NCBI GenBank assembly: GCA_964016885.1
Contig: OZ024763.1
Span: forward strand, 4,030,001 to 4,094,000
Reading direction: 5' to 3'
From: Eledone cirrhosa
Taxonomy: Eukaryota
Length of the DNA: 64,000 bases
Below, piece after piece: positions 25,411-38,148 of the stretch; position 1 is the stretch's first letter, and each line of letters opens with the position of its first letter. Both the position numbers and the translations under genes were made by a program. The notes below the pieces were generated by a model that was not told where the DNA came from, searched no databases, and saw only the letters and a program-made list of their open reading frames with translations.

Positions 25411-26544
25411 TAAATGAGGTTGGTGTTGGGAAGGGCATCCATCTGTAGAAAAACCAAGCCAGAATCAGTTCCGTATGAACAAGACATGGTCACCTGACCT
25501 GGCATTGCCCACAACAGGACAACCCGTCTAACCCATGCTAGCGTGGACGTAAAACGGTGATGATGATGACACACCTGTTTAGTATATCTGTATGAACAAG
25601 GGTAAAACCAAAGTATTCACCAGGTTACCAACGAGAGACTCCATACAGTCTAACTGACAATTCACTTCAGTTATTATTTATAGACATTTCGCCTAGTCCA
25701 CTTTTAGTTACACGGGGGTGTTCAGGGTTTTTTCCCTTACAACAAATTGGCAGTGTTCCAACCTGGAGAGGAGATGGGCTCTGCCAGGTTTAAATGCCCA
25801 AGTGTGTCATGACATCACCTTTATAAATCTATCAGAAGTTTAGCACCCATGGGTGGGTGGGTAGAACTTAAATACGAAAATAAAAGCCTTTGATTTAAGC
25901 ACAAGGCCGGCAATTTTGGGGTGGAGAAAAAGATTGATTAAATCAACCTTAGTACTTTATTTTACCCCGCCCCTCCCCTCTCTCTCTCTCTCTCCTTTGA
26001 AGGTTGAAAGTCCAAGTTGACCTCGGCAAGATTTGAACTTAACATAAAGTACCAAACCAAACAGCACACAGCATTGAATCTGATGCTCTAACGATTCTGC
26101 TACTCCATTGTCCTTGAATACAAATATAAGGATTTCTAATGTTGGCACAAAGCCGACAATAGGGGGGTGGGCGGGGAAAAATCGATTATATCGACCCCAG
26201 TACTTTACTTCTGTTGACCCCAATAAAAGAATAATAAAGAACCAGTAAAGTACTGGTGCCTATTTAATGGACTTCCACCCCCCACTCTACCTCCAATTGC
26301 TGCTCTGGGAAAACGCCTTCTCTATTCTGTCACCCAGGATTGCGGGGTAGCCAGCACGTGGGCTTCCATTTGCTCACAATAGTGAGATATGGAGGCAGTG
26401 ACAGTGGGAGTTAGGCTCTCTTGTGTTCAGTCAGACCTGCTGCATATATGTGTATATAGGAGAGAATAAGTCTTCCCACTATCAACATCTTTCACTGAGA
26501 AATTATATACTGAGCGCAAGTAGATTTCGTTGTAAAGTCTAGAC

Positions 26545-27093
26545 CAGTGCTACTCAAACTATCTGATGTGGCGGACCAGCATTTTTTCTTTCAATGTGCC
26601 ACGTACCGCTAATATTTCGTAGTTATATTAATTTATACCGGAAACGATATATATAATGAATATAATAATAGTTGACCATTTTTTTATCTTCTATTTATTT
26701 TGTAAACAAATAATTGTTTCTACTTTAGACACAAGGCCAGCAATTACCCAGTGCATTACTGGTACTTTATTTTATCGACCCCGTAAGGATGAAAGGCAAA
26801 GTCAACCTCGGCTGGATTTGAACTCAGATCGTAAAGGGACGTAACTATGCTGGAAAGCATGACGTCCGACCCTCCACCGATACTGCCAATCCACCGCCCT
26901 AACATGGCGTCCGACCCTCTACCGATACTGCCAATCCACCACCCTTTGTAAACAAATAATACAATATCAAAACATAAAAAAGTAATAAAAAAAATTACTC
27001 AAATGATTCCTTAGCATGGCCTGGAAACTGGCCGTGTACCGGTAGCTGATGGCTCGCGTACCGGTCCGCGGACCACCACTTTGAGTAGCACTG
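26545..27093. mobile_element. hAT (Charlie-like) MITE
   Basis: TIR CAGTGCTACTCAAA at both ends; 8-bp TSD GTCTAGAC at 26537-26544 and 27094-27101. Confidence 0.9.
26715..26944 (-). mobile_element. SINE family A copy nested in the hAT MITE
   Basis: TSD tttgtaaacaaataat at 26699-26714 and 26945-26960; 5' end duplicated. Confidence 0.85.
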
Positions 27094-27523
27094 GTCTAGA
27101 CTATCTAGAATAAAGAAGTGAATGTAACAGTATTTCATATATTATATATTGGCGTGAAAAGCTGCAACTGAAATTATCCTGGCCGTTAGTTAACAAAAAC
27201 TCCCTCTAAAGATGTTTAAAATGTGAACGTGACAGTGTTATAATATACTACATACGGTAAAATCTGTCATGTATACAATAATATGTGCTTAACTGGCAGT
27301 ATCCTGGCAATGAACAGATAGAAATTCCCTCTACAGATGTTTGAAATGGAAAAAAACAATTTATAATTTGGTCACTGGTGGTTTCTGGTTTAGGCTTAAA
27401 AACAATTTTTTTTTTTTTTTTTTCTTACTGGTACTTCATTTTAGCGACCCCCGTAAGGCATGAATAATTTAGTCACTAAAACAATTTTATAAGAAGGGAA
27501 AAAATAAACAAAAATAAAATGAT

Positions 27524-27597
27524 TGGCCAATATGGGGCTCGAACCCACGACATTCGCGTTATTAGCACGACGCTCTAACCAACTGAGCTAACCGGCC
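27524..27597 (-). tRNA. tRNA-Ile (anticodon AAT)
   Basis: GGCCGGTTAGCTCAGTTGGTTAGAGCGTCGTGCTAATAACGCGAATGTCGTGGGTTCGAGCCCCATATTGGCCA is 74 nt with a full cloverleaf, A/B boxes and downstream T-runs. Confidence 0.95.
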
Positions 27598-27652
27598 AGC
27601 TGTCATAAAGTGTCACAGAATAATGAGATATTGACAACAGCAGTTAAGACTA

Positions 27653-28677
27653 CGAGGGTTGACTGAAAAGTTCATATGCTGACATGAAGGCGGGCTTGTC
27701 GCTTGACATGTACAGCGGCTAGAGAAGCAGATGGTGACCGGGGGAGCCAGGTTAAGGTGTCACCTGCAAGCTTTATGGATAGCCTCCTGGAAAACGTATG
27801 AGGCGAGGGGGGGGGGGCGGTGGGTGGTGGGGGGGGGGGGGGTTATCCCGAACAACATGCAGTAATGTCTGGGTCAGGGTCCCCACAGTCACGTGATGGG
27901 CTGTCTTTTTTTATTTTCCATCAAAGGAGATAATGAGCTGTCCTGACATGTGAGGATCTGATTGAGGGACACCCATTGCTTTCTGGGAAGGTCAAAGCCG
28001 ACTGGTTTAGATGTGGGGGTCCTGGATGAGGTCCAGGTTGGCAAATTTGGACTAAATTCTATGATCTTCGCCACTCTTTCCTTCAGATCAAAATTCTGAA
28101 AGAGTAATGCTAGAGCTGTGAAATCTTGCATGCGTTAATTTCAACTCTTTTTATTAATAACTGCATTGTTTCTTTCCAAGGTCTATGTTAAATAATTGTT
28201 TCTACTTTTGGCACAAGGCCAGCAATTATCCCAGTGTATTACTGGTACTTTATTTTATCGATCCCCGTAAGGAGGAAAGGCAAAGTTTGAACTCAGATCA
28301 TAAAGGGCCGTAGCTCTATGCTGCAAAGCATGGCGTCCGACTCTCTACCGATTCTGCCAATCCACCACCCGTTCAATAATGGTTTCTTATATAGGCACAA
28401 GGCCAGCAATTTTGGGGGAGGGGAAAGTCGATTAAATCGACCCCAGTGCGTGACTGGTACTTTATTTTATCGACCTCGTAAGGATGAAACGTAAAGTTAA
28501 CCTCGGCGGGATTTGAACTCAGATCATAAAGGGCCGTAACTCTATGCTGCAAAGCATGGCGTACGACCCTCTACCGATTCTGCCTATCCACCGCCCTCAC
28601 CCGTTAAATAATAAATGTCATTTGATCATTTCATGAGAGTATCTTGGTCAGTCTATGAACTTTTCAGCCAATCCCCG
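27653..28677. mobile_element. Mariner-type MITE with nested LINE fragment and SINEs
   Basis: TA-CGAGGGTTGACTGAAAAGTTCATA and TATGAACTTTTCAGCCAATCCCCG-TA termini. Nested minus-strand GFDLPRKQWVSLNQ..CGDPD (Vingi/Ingi-like C-terminus) at about 27700-28130. Confidence 0.7.
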
Positions 28678-29242
28678 TATAGTAGATATGAGTTGTTACC
28701 ATGTGTTGAGTAGCAACAGGTAGATCGTATCAGCAATGGAAACATTGTTTCCTCGGTCCGATTTCACGAATTCCACCCCACTCGGTAAGTGAACGGCGTC
28801 TGAGAGCTTGACCATCGATAATCGTAGATAGTAGCTTCTGATAGAACCCTCTAGAAATAGGGGTCTGGGGGCCCTGCTGGCAAGAAGAAGAAGAAAAAGA
28901 AAAAGAAGAAAAAGAAAAAGAAGAAAGAGAAAAGAAGAGAAAAGAAGGAAAAGAAAAGAAAGGAAAGGAAAAGAAAAGGAAAAGAAAGGAAATGAAAGGA
29001 AAAGATGATGAAGAAGTAGAAGATGAAGAAGATGAAGAAGATGAAGATGAAGAAGAAGAAGATGAAGAAGAAGATGAAGATGAAGAAGAAGATGAAGATG
29101 AAGAAGGGACGACTACTACTACTACTAACAGTAAGCCCAATTTATCACCTGGCTAAAATGTCTTACTTGTAGAGAGATCCCGTTTCAGAATCACCGTTTT
29201 AGCCACAGAATAAATATAAATAAATAAAATTAGAAAATAACT

Positions 29243-29319
29243 TGGCCAGTATGGGGCTCGAACCCACGACATTCGCGTTATTAGCACGACCGCTCTAACC
29301 CAAACTGAGCTAACCGGCC
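29243..29319 (-). tRNA. tRNA-Ile (AAT), second copy with three 1-nt homopolymer insertions
   Basis: Near-identical to 27524-27597 but with an extra T and G in the D-loop and an extra G after the D-stem; anticodon arm intact. Confidence 0.8.
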
Positions 29320-29561
29320 AGTTGTTCTCAAGCTCTATGTTAATAATCAGATATTGATAACTACGCCAAGCAGTTGTAATTGGAGCTGGTTTTTTTGAGG
29401 CCGGCTTGGTGACAACAACGAACATGTTTTGTTCTCAATAGATCTCGTCAGCGAACCACATTCACCTCCATTGGTAATACTTGTGTGTACCCACTATAAA
29501 GTTAGGGGGGAAATAATTCCGTGACGACTTTCTGAATGATAAATATATATACATATATACA

Positions 29562-30163
29562 TGGTGGCTGCCAACTCGTTTTCAAGTACGGCCACTACTT
29601 TATATCCATGTAGGAGAACCCCTACCGATGCGCTGAACGAGTGTGACTTTTTAGTCCAGCCAGCGACTTGAAAACTCTGTGTACAAACACTACACTTGTG
29701 ACAATTATTGACACATAGTGCTGGGCCCATGGTACCATGTGACGACAAGTGTAGAGAGATCTCCAGATATAAAGCAATGCCTGTGCCGTGAAGCTTTTAT
29801 AGTGAGCAAAGGCACTGCACAAAGCCAGTCCCACTCTCTTAACCAAGATGATATTTACCAAAAAGAAGAACAAGTCAACATCATTGGATACCATCAGGGT
29901 TGCAGGTGTTATATCAGAGTCCTAGATTCTGCCTTGAGAAAGGCTAAGGGGTCATCTCTCCCGGTGATTTTGGATGGCCATTGACTCTTAAGAGCTCCTT
30001 TTGCCCTTTGACAGGTTTTGTTTTTAGTCCTGCAGGATGTCCAAAGTCACCCCTCCTCACCAAGAAACCTTGGTGGGGTTGCCAGTTTAGTCGCCAACAC
30101 CCGACCATGAGACAGGTTGTACTGGGATACATGTTACCAGTAGCACCAACTGGTGACCTGACC
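29562..30163 (-). mobile_element. ~600-bp bipartite element, copy 2
   Basis: Reverse complement of 19440-20026 with small indels; TA-rich flanks. Confidence 0.8.
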
Positions 30164-30473
30164 ATATATACATAATATACATATATAACTTAGCATAGTT
30201 TTAAAAAAAGTTTGAAATCTGTCTTGAGCCCAGAGTTCATCAAGCTGGAGCTTACCCGGGTTCACTGGGAGTACAAGACTACCCATTCCCCTGGACAGGA
30301 TACCAGTCCATCGTAGGGTTAAACCTCCCGTTGCCTCTGGTCCTCATTTTCAGATGAGTATACTGGAGCAATGTGAAATGAAGTGTTATACTCAAAAACA
30401 TAACACACACCCTGTCCAGGAATCGAACCCACGAACACCCAAACCATCAGGCCACACACCTCCGCATAGTATA

Positions 30474-30831
30474 CAGTTATCCTCCGTTATTCGCGGGGGT
30501 TACGTTCCAGAGCACCCACGAAGAGTGAAAAACAGCGATTATTGGACGTGGTCTATAAAAATGCTATAAACGTCAAAATATAACGTAAAATATAATCTGA
30601 AAAAGTGGGAACGTTTTATGCGAAGGAGCGTCCAATAGGCCGGCCATACTATATATTGTTATTGATAACTTAACGTTAAAAAATACATATTGCTACGAAA
30701 AAAGCCATTAAAAAATCGCGGAAGATATTTACGATTCCGCGAATATGCGGTGGTTTCCACGAACAATTATTAGTTAGGTTCTAAGGAAAGTTCCGCGAAT
30801 AACCGGGACCACGGATGCCGGGGCTACACTG
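30474..30831. mobile_element. Tigger/pogo-like MITE
   Basis: TA-CAGTTATCCTCCGTTATTCGCGG ... CCACGGATGCCGGGGCTACACTG-TA imperfect TIRs with subterminal cgcgaa repeats. Confidence 0.65.
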
Positions 30832-31190
30832 TATAAGTATTTATATTTATCAAGCACTCATTATAGTGAGTGAGTGAGTGAGTGAGAAGAAGAAGGTGAG
30901 GTAACCAGGGTTACTGAGAACTGGGATTGTTAGTGGTGAGTGAAGTAACCAGGGTCACTGTGACCTAGGTCTCTAATGACTGGAACGGGGGTGGGGGTGT
31001 CCCTAAGAACCACTTCTTTAAAACCTGTGCTATGGTCCGTGCACGTGATCGATCAATTTACATACGAAATGTAGAAGGTCAAGGCATAAATTCACCTTTG
31101 ACCTCCACAGAATAAAGTCAGAGATTATCACGTGATGCTGAGTGGTAATTAATCAATATTTTGTTATTCTGTGATCTTATGGAAACAGCT

Positions 31191-31269
31191 GGCCAGTTAG
31201 CTCAGTGGTTAGAGCGTCGTAAGAGTAAACGCGAGACGAAGGTCGTGGGTTCGATGCCCTTACTGGTCG
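31191..31269 (+). pseudogene. tRNA-Ile-derived gene with remodelled anticodon arm
   Basis: Acceptor stem, D-arm and B-box are like the Ile copies, but the anticodon region reads TCGT-AAGAGTAAACGCGAG-ACGA. A poly-T run follows. Confidence 0.7.
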
Positions 31270-31499
31270 ACTTATTTTTTTTTATTTTTCAATGATACCA
31301 GTATGTAACACGATTTTTTCTCCTTGGGTAGCAACTATCATTTCCCACTTGCTTATGCCTAGAAAGTATGAAAATGGCTAATATTTCCTAAAACTTTGCT
31401 TTTATGTCCATGATAATGATATTTCTAGATTTACCTAATCCCCACTGGGAAAACTGCTAAATGTGAACATTCTCGTTCAAGCAAAATTGGAATAAAATG

Positions 31500-32330
31500 A
31501 CATATGATTAAAAACGTAGCATTTATTCCAGGATTATACAAAATACTCAGAAATGGGTGGTTTTTCGGGATTATGCTTAAGCTGCAAATTGCTTTCACGA
31601 CTCAGCTCCCATATATAAGTCTCTTATCATGTTTTCATTATATGATCCTTGATACCGACATTGAAAGTCAAGTATATCCTGGTGGAAGTGCTTGCCTTGC
31701 TCTTCAGAGTATGCTACCATGTTACCCCTTGAATTTATCAAGATGGGTGTCAAGGATATGCACTCCATGATCTTCCTTATTTATTGTCTGATGACAGCTT
31801 AGAGAAGAAGTCTTGAAGGTTGCCTACTTCTTACCTAGAGCTGTGTGAAAACTGTTTCATAAGGCCCAGTTTTAAGCGAAGTGGTGGGAACAATACCTTC
31901 TGGAGATCAACCAGTGGCTCCCATTTGACATTATTTATCCCAACACTGAACTTGGCTCACTGTGGTCAGTCTTGCCTGTAGTAGTGTATCGCAGTGTCCA
32001 TGCTGTCCAAAGGCAAAGACAAAGATAACATGGGAACTTGGTAAAGCCACCATGGAGACCCATCAACAATGCCGCCATTCTCCAATAACCTCTCAACAGT
32101 ACTGTTCATACTTCAAAGAGTTTAACAAGATTCCGACACTGCTGTATTCCTCTTTTGAGCTGCACCGAATGAGCTAGCGGGACGAGAGGGGTGTATGTTT
32201 CATTATGAAGCAGCACTGCTTTGAGGCTCCTGACTAAAACTGTCGATGAAGGGGCGCCACTCGTTGGGGTTACAGGCGATTGCAATTGCCCCAAACAAAC
32301 CAATCACATTATGACAGAAACAAAGGCCAT
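31500..32330 (-). mobile_element. Chapaev3-like (CMC) transposase remnant
   Basis: Minus-strand peptides GGFTKFPCYLCL, NNVKWEPLVD..KVLFPPLRLKLGLMKQF and EQGKHFHQDI..RYQG..NENM; many stops. The superfamily assignment is from recalled motifs, not a search. Confidence 0.6.
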
Positions 32331-32639
32331 TTTCATGAGAAAAGAAGCTTGAGAAATATATACAAATATATTACAAAATCGCTTCAACTTCTTGAAAGGT
32401 TTGACATTATTTACAAACCATAGGTGATCTTTTATTAGAAATATGGTAATGAAAGAGTTAAAGAGTTTATATTTATCTAAAAATCTTCCATCGTAATTTT
32501 ATGTGAGAACCTTTGTTGAGTTATGTTCCAAACACCAACTTAATAACGAGAAAGTTATATTACTAAATACTTCAAAACTCTTGGTTATTTTCGAAGGAAT
32601 TTGAAGACTAAAGGTTGTGTATTTTCAATACAGTAACGA

Positions 32640-34220
32640 CGACCACCACCACCACCACCACCACCATCACCATCAACAACAACTCCATCATCATCAGTTA
32701 CTATCACCTTTAACGCCAGCAGCAGCAGAACCGCCCCCACCACCACCACTAATACCACCATCATCATCACCGACAACAAAACAACAACAACAACAGCAGC
32801 AACAACAACAGAACCACCCCCACCACCACCACTAATACCACCATCATCATCACTATCACCGACAACAGAACTAATACCACCACCACCACCAACACCACTA
32901 CACCAACAGCAGAACCACCCCCACCACCACCACTAATACCACCATCATCACCGACAACAACAACAACAGCAACAACAGCAACAACAGCAACAGCAGCAAC
33001 AACAACAGAACCACCCCCACCACCACCACTAATACCATCATCATCATCACTATCACCGACAACAGAACTAATACCACCACCACCACCACCACCACCACTA
33101 CACCAACAGCAGAACCCCCCCCCCCCCCGCCACCACTAATACCATCATCATCATCACTATCACCGACAGCAGAACCACCCCCACCACCACCACTAATACC
33201 ACCATCATCATCACCGACAACAACAACAACAGCAACAACAGCAACAACAGCAACAGAACCACCCCCATCACCACCACTAATACCACTACCATCATCATCA
33301 CTATCACCGACAACAGAACTAATACCACCACCACCACCCCCATCACCACCACTAATACCACTACCATCATCATCACTATCACCGACAACAGAACTAATAC
33401 CACCACCACCACCCCCACCACCACCACTAATACCACCATCATCATCACTATCACCGACAACAGAACTAATACCACCACCCCCACCACCACCACTAATACC
33501 ATCATCATCATCACGATCACCGACAACAGAACTAATACCACCACCACCACCACCACCAACACTACACCAACAGCAGAACCACCCCCACCACCACCACTAA
33601 TACCACCATCATCATCACTATCACCGACAACAGAACTAATACCACCACCACCACCACCACTACACCAACAGCAGAACCACCCCCACCACCACCACTAATA
33701 CCATCATCATCATCACTATCACCGACAACAGAACTAATACCACCACCACCACCAACACCACTACACCAACAGCAGAACCACCCCCACCACCACCACTAAT
33801 ACCATCATCATCATCACGATCACCGACAACAGAACTAATACCACCACCACCACCAACACCACTACACCAACAGCAGAACCACCCCCACCACCACCACTAA
33901 TACCATCATCATCATCACGATCACCGACAACAGAACTAATACCACCACCACCACCAACACCACTACACCAACAGCAGAACCACCCCCACCACCACCACTA
34001 ATACCATCATCATCATCACGATCACCGACAACAGAACTAATACCACCACCACCACCAACACCACTACACCAACAGCAGAACCACCCCCACCACCACCACT
34101 AATACCATCATCATCATCACTATCACCGACAACAGAACTAATACCACCACCACCAACACCACTACACCAACAGCAGAACCCCCCCCACCCACCACCACCA
34201 CCACCCCCACCACCACCAGC
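32640..34220. repeat. Compound CAC/CAT/CAA trinucleotide minisatellite
   Basis: Higher-order units such as accaccaccactaataccatcatcatc..accgacaacagaactaat. Confidence 0.9.
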
Positions 34221-34268
34221 TTCACTAGCACAACATGCATGCAGCACTACAATAGTGCAAAGGCAGCT

Positions 34269-34406
34269 CACGTGTCGGTGACGTCATCAATGCAGTTCTG
34301 CCTGGCAGTGACGTCATCAATGCAGTTCTGCCTGGCAGTGACGTCATCAATGCAGTTCTGCCTGGCAGTGACGTCATCAATGCAGTTCTGCCTGGCAGCG
34401 ACATCA
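34269..34406. promoter_or_regulatory. 30-bp tandem repeat carrying four perfect CRE sites (TGACGTCA), preceded by an E-box
   Basis: TGACGTCA at 34279, 34309, 34339 and 34369; CACGTG at 34269. Function is unproven. Confidence 0.35.
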
Positions 34407-34472
34407 GTTTACAAATGTCTGCAATCGACAGCGCCCAATGGATCTATGCAAAAAATAATCTATATTTTGGTT

Positions 34473-34529
<57 letters not shown>

Positions 34530-34535
34530 TATATA

Positions 34536-34598
<63 letters not shown>

Positions 34599-34706
34599 TA
34601 AATATTGTTTTATATATATATATATATAATATACATATATATATATATATATATAATATAATATACATATATATATAAATATAATATACATATATAATAT
34701 AAATAT

Positions 34707-34919
<213 letters not shown>

Positions 34920-35119
34920 NNNNNNNNNNNNNNNNNNNNNNNNNNNNNNNNNNNNNNNNNNNNNNNNNNNNNNNNNNNNNNNNNNNNNNNNNNNNNNNNN
35001 NNNNNNNNNNNNNNNNNNNNNNNNNNNNNNNNNNNNNNNNNNNNNNNNNNNNNNNNNNNNNNNNNNNNNNNNNNNNNNNNNNNNNNNNNNNNNNNNNNNN
35101 NNNNNNNNNNNNNNNNNNN
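34920..35119. other. Assembly gap (200 N)
   Basis: Run of n between (TA)n and the RTE copy. Confidence 1.
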
Positions 35120-37582
35120 ATGGTGGTGGAACAGTAAGGTGGAGGGGTCAATTAAGGCCAAAAAGCAGGCTTGGAAAGTATGGCGGGATGGGGGAAGTAG
35201 AGAGGACTATCAAGTGGCCAGGAGGGAAGCTAGGAGACAAGTGTACTTAGCAAGAAGGGAAGCTGAGGAAAGAAAGTTCAAGCATGTTCTACAACGCGAT
35301 GACCAAAAACGTGAGGTGTTCAGGATTGCTAGGCAATGCGTCAAGGAAAACCGTGATATTGTCGGGGAGAAGTGTGTACTAAACGACGATGGCACACTTG
35401 CCATCACCGACGCTGATAAGAAGGTAGCTTGGAAGTGTCACTATGAAAGGCTTCTAAATGAGGAGAATAATTGGGAGAAAGGCAGTCTCCCCCATATCGA
35501 CCCAATAGAGGGACCAGCAGTGTTAGTCGAGGGGAGTATAATAAGTAAGGCAATCAAGGATATGAAGACTGGTAAGGCGGCTGGGCCTTCGGAAATAGTT
35601 GCTGAGATGCTGAAGGCATCTGGCACGGTGGGACACACCATGGTCACCCGCATAGTTAACCAAGTCGTACAGAACGGGGTTGTTCCGAAGGACTGGCATA
35701 GCAGCATCATCGTTAACTGTTATAAGGGTAAAGGAGACGCCCTAGATAGGAGTAACTATAGAGGCATTAAATTAATCGACCAGGTCATGAAGGTCACGGA
35801 AAGAGTAATAGCGCAACTAATCAGAGAGAGAATTGACCTAGATGAAATGCAGTTCGGGTTTGTGTCAGGCAAAAGTACCACAGACGCTCTTTTCATAGTA
35901 CGACAACTACAGGAGAAGTACCTAGCTAAAGGTAAACCCCTCTACTTAGCTTTTGTCGACTTGGAGAAAGCCTTCGACAGAGTCCCCCGCTCCATTATCT
36001 GGTGGGCTCTTAGAAAACTAGGCGTTGACGAATGGCTTGTGAGGGCTATACAAGCCATGTATAAAGAAACAGTCAGCAAGGTTAGAATTAACAACGAATA
36101 TAGTGAAGAGTTTAGCGTAAAAGTCGGCGTCCATCAGGGCTCTGTTCTCAGTCCACTACTATTTATTATTGCCCTTCAGGCTATAACAGAGGAGTTCAAG
36201 ACAGGCTGCCCATGGGAACTCCTATACGCAGACGACCTGACACTCATAGCGGAATCAATGGCCGAGCTAGAGAAGAAATTCCAAACATGGAAGCACGGCC
36301 TAGAGTCAAAAGGACTTAAAATTAACCTGGCTAAGACCAAAGTACTAGTTTGTAGGAAAGAAAACAAGGCGGCGGTCCCTTCTGGGAAATGGTCGTGCTC
36401 GGTGTGTAGGAAAGGCGTAGGTAGAAACTCCATTTTATGTCCTAAATGCAAAGTATGGGTGCATAAAAGATGTAGTGGGATCACAGGTAAGCTAACTAAG
36501 AACATAGATTTTACATGTGGCCGGTGCTCTGGTGCAATAAGTAGCAGCAAGTGCCCACAAACTACTAGCTCTTTCAATTGCGCAGAGGGTTCTATAGAAA
36601 TAGTGGACAGCTTCCGTTACCTGGGTGACAAAATCAGCAGTGGGGGAGGGTGCTCTGAAAGTACTGTAGCTAGAGTCAGAACTGGTTGGAAAAAGTTCAG
36701 AGAGCTTATACCACTATTAGCTGCTAAAGGGTTCTCACTAAAAATGAAAGGCAGGTTGTACGATGCCTGCATACGAACAGCAATGCTGCATGGCAGTGAG
36801 ACCTGGGCATTGTGTGCAGAGGATATACGCAGACTAGAGAGGAACGAAGCTTGCATGCTCCGCTGGATGTGTAACAGTAATATACGTGAACGGCAAAGCA
36901 TAAACGAACTAAGGAATAAATTAGAGATAAGAGGGATCAGATGTTGTTTACTCGAGAGAAGGCTACGTTGGTATGGACACGTGATGCGCATGAAAGTCGA
37001 TAGCTGTATAACAAAGTGCAGGGCAATAAAGATAGACGGTAGTCACGGAATAGGCAGACCTAGAAAAACCTGGGACGAGCTGATAAACTCCGACATCACA
37101 CACTTACACCTCTCCAAGACAATGTCACTGGACCGAGACCTTTGGCGGTACTCAGTAACAGAGAAGACCCGCCTTACCTAAATATATAGTAAAACCTACT
37201 CCAGCCAGTAGGCATCTCTAACAAAATACACCCCGTCCCACCACCCCCACCCCCACCCGATCCACACCACCCCGTTCTATGTAAAGTTATGTTGGTGCCG
37301 CGCCATCGAGGCCGAAACAAATGAGATCGTGTAGGTGTCACGACAAAAAAACACACAGTCCACGCTGTAATGTGGCCGTGTAGGCAACACGGTAAAAACC
37401 TCCCAGACCCACACTGTAAATGTGGTTGGTGTTAGGAAGGGCATCCAACTGTAGAAAACCTGCCAGACAGTCCTATGCGAGCAAGACAATCACTCTTGCC
37501 TCAAGTGGGACTACCCCCGTCCAAACCCATGCAAGCGTGGAACACGGACGTTAAACGTTGATGATGATGATGATGATGATGA
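35120..37582 (+). mobile_element. RTE-clade LINE, young copy; 5' part hidden by the N gap
   Basis: Open ORF 35139-37181 with RT motifs (NYRGI, QFGF, AFVDLEKAFDRV, GVHQGSVLSP, LLYADD, YLG, RRLRWYGHV), followed by a 3' UTR and a (GAT)n tail. Confidence 0.95.
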
Positions 37583-38088
37583 TATATAAATATATATATA
37601 AATATATATATAAATATATATATAAATATATATATATAAATATATATATATAAATATATATAAATATATATAAATATATATAAATATATATATATAAATA
37701 TATAAATATATATATATAAATATATAAATATATATATATAAATATATAAATATATATATATAAATATATATATATAAATATATAAATATATATATATAAA
37801 TATATATATATAAATATATATATAAATATATATAAATATATATATATAAATATATATATAAATATATATATAAATATATATATAAATATATATATAAATA
37901 TATATATATAAATATATATATATAAATATATATAAATATATATAAATATATATATACACATATATATATATACATACATATATATATACACATATATATA
38001 TATACATACATATATATATATAAATATATATATATATGATATATATATATGATTATTATGATATATAAATGACAATTATCTTGGACCT

Positions 38089-38148
<60 letters not shown>

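Noticed and set aside
28880-29130. Poly-Ser / acidic ORF
   Set aside because: It is a GAA/GAT purine-rich simple repeat.
32585-34271. Poly-His/Pro/Gln or poly-Val ORFs
   Set aside because: They come from a compound trinucleotide repeat with frequent stops and no splice or domain support.
35210-36991. Antisense ORFs over the RTE copies (also 49283-50959)
   Set aside because: They are shadow frames of the RT coding sequence.
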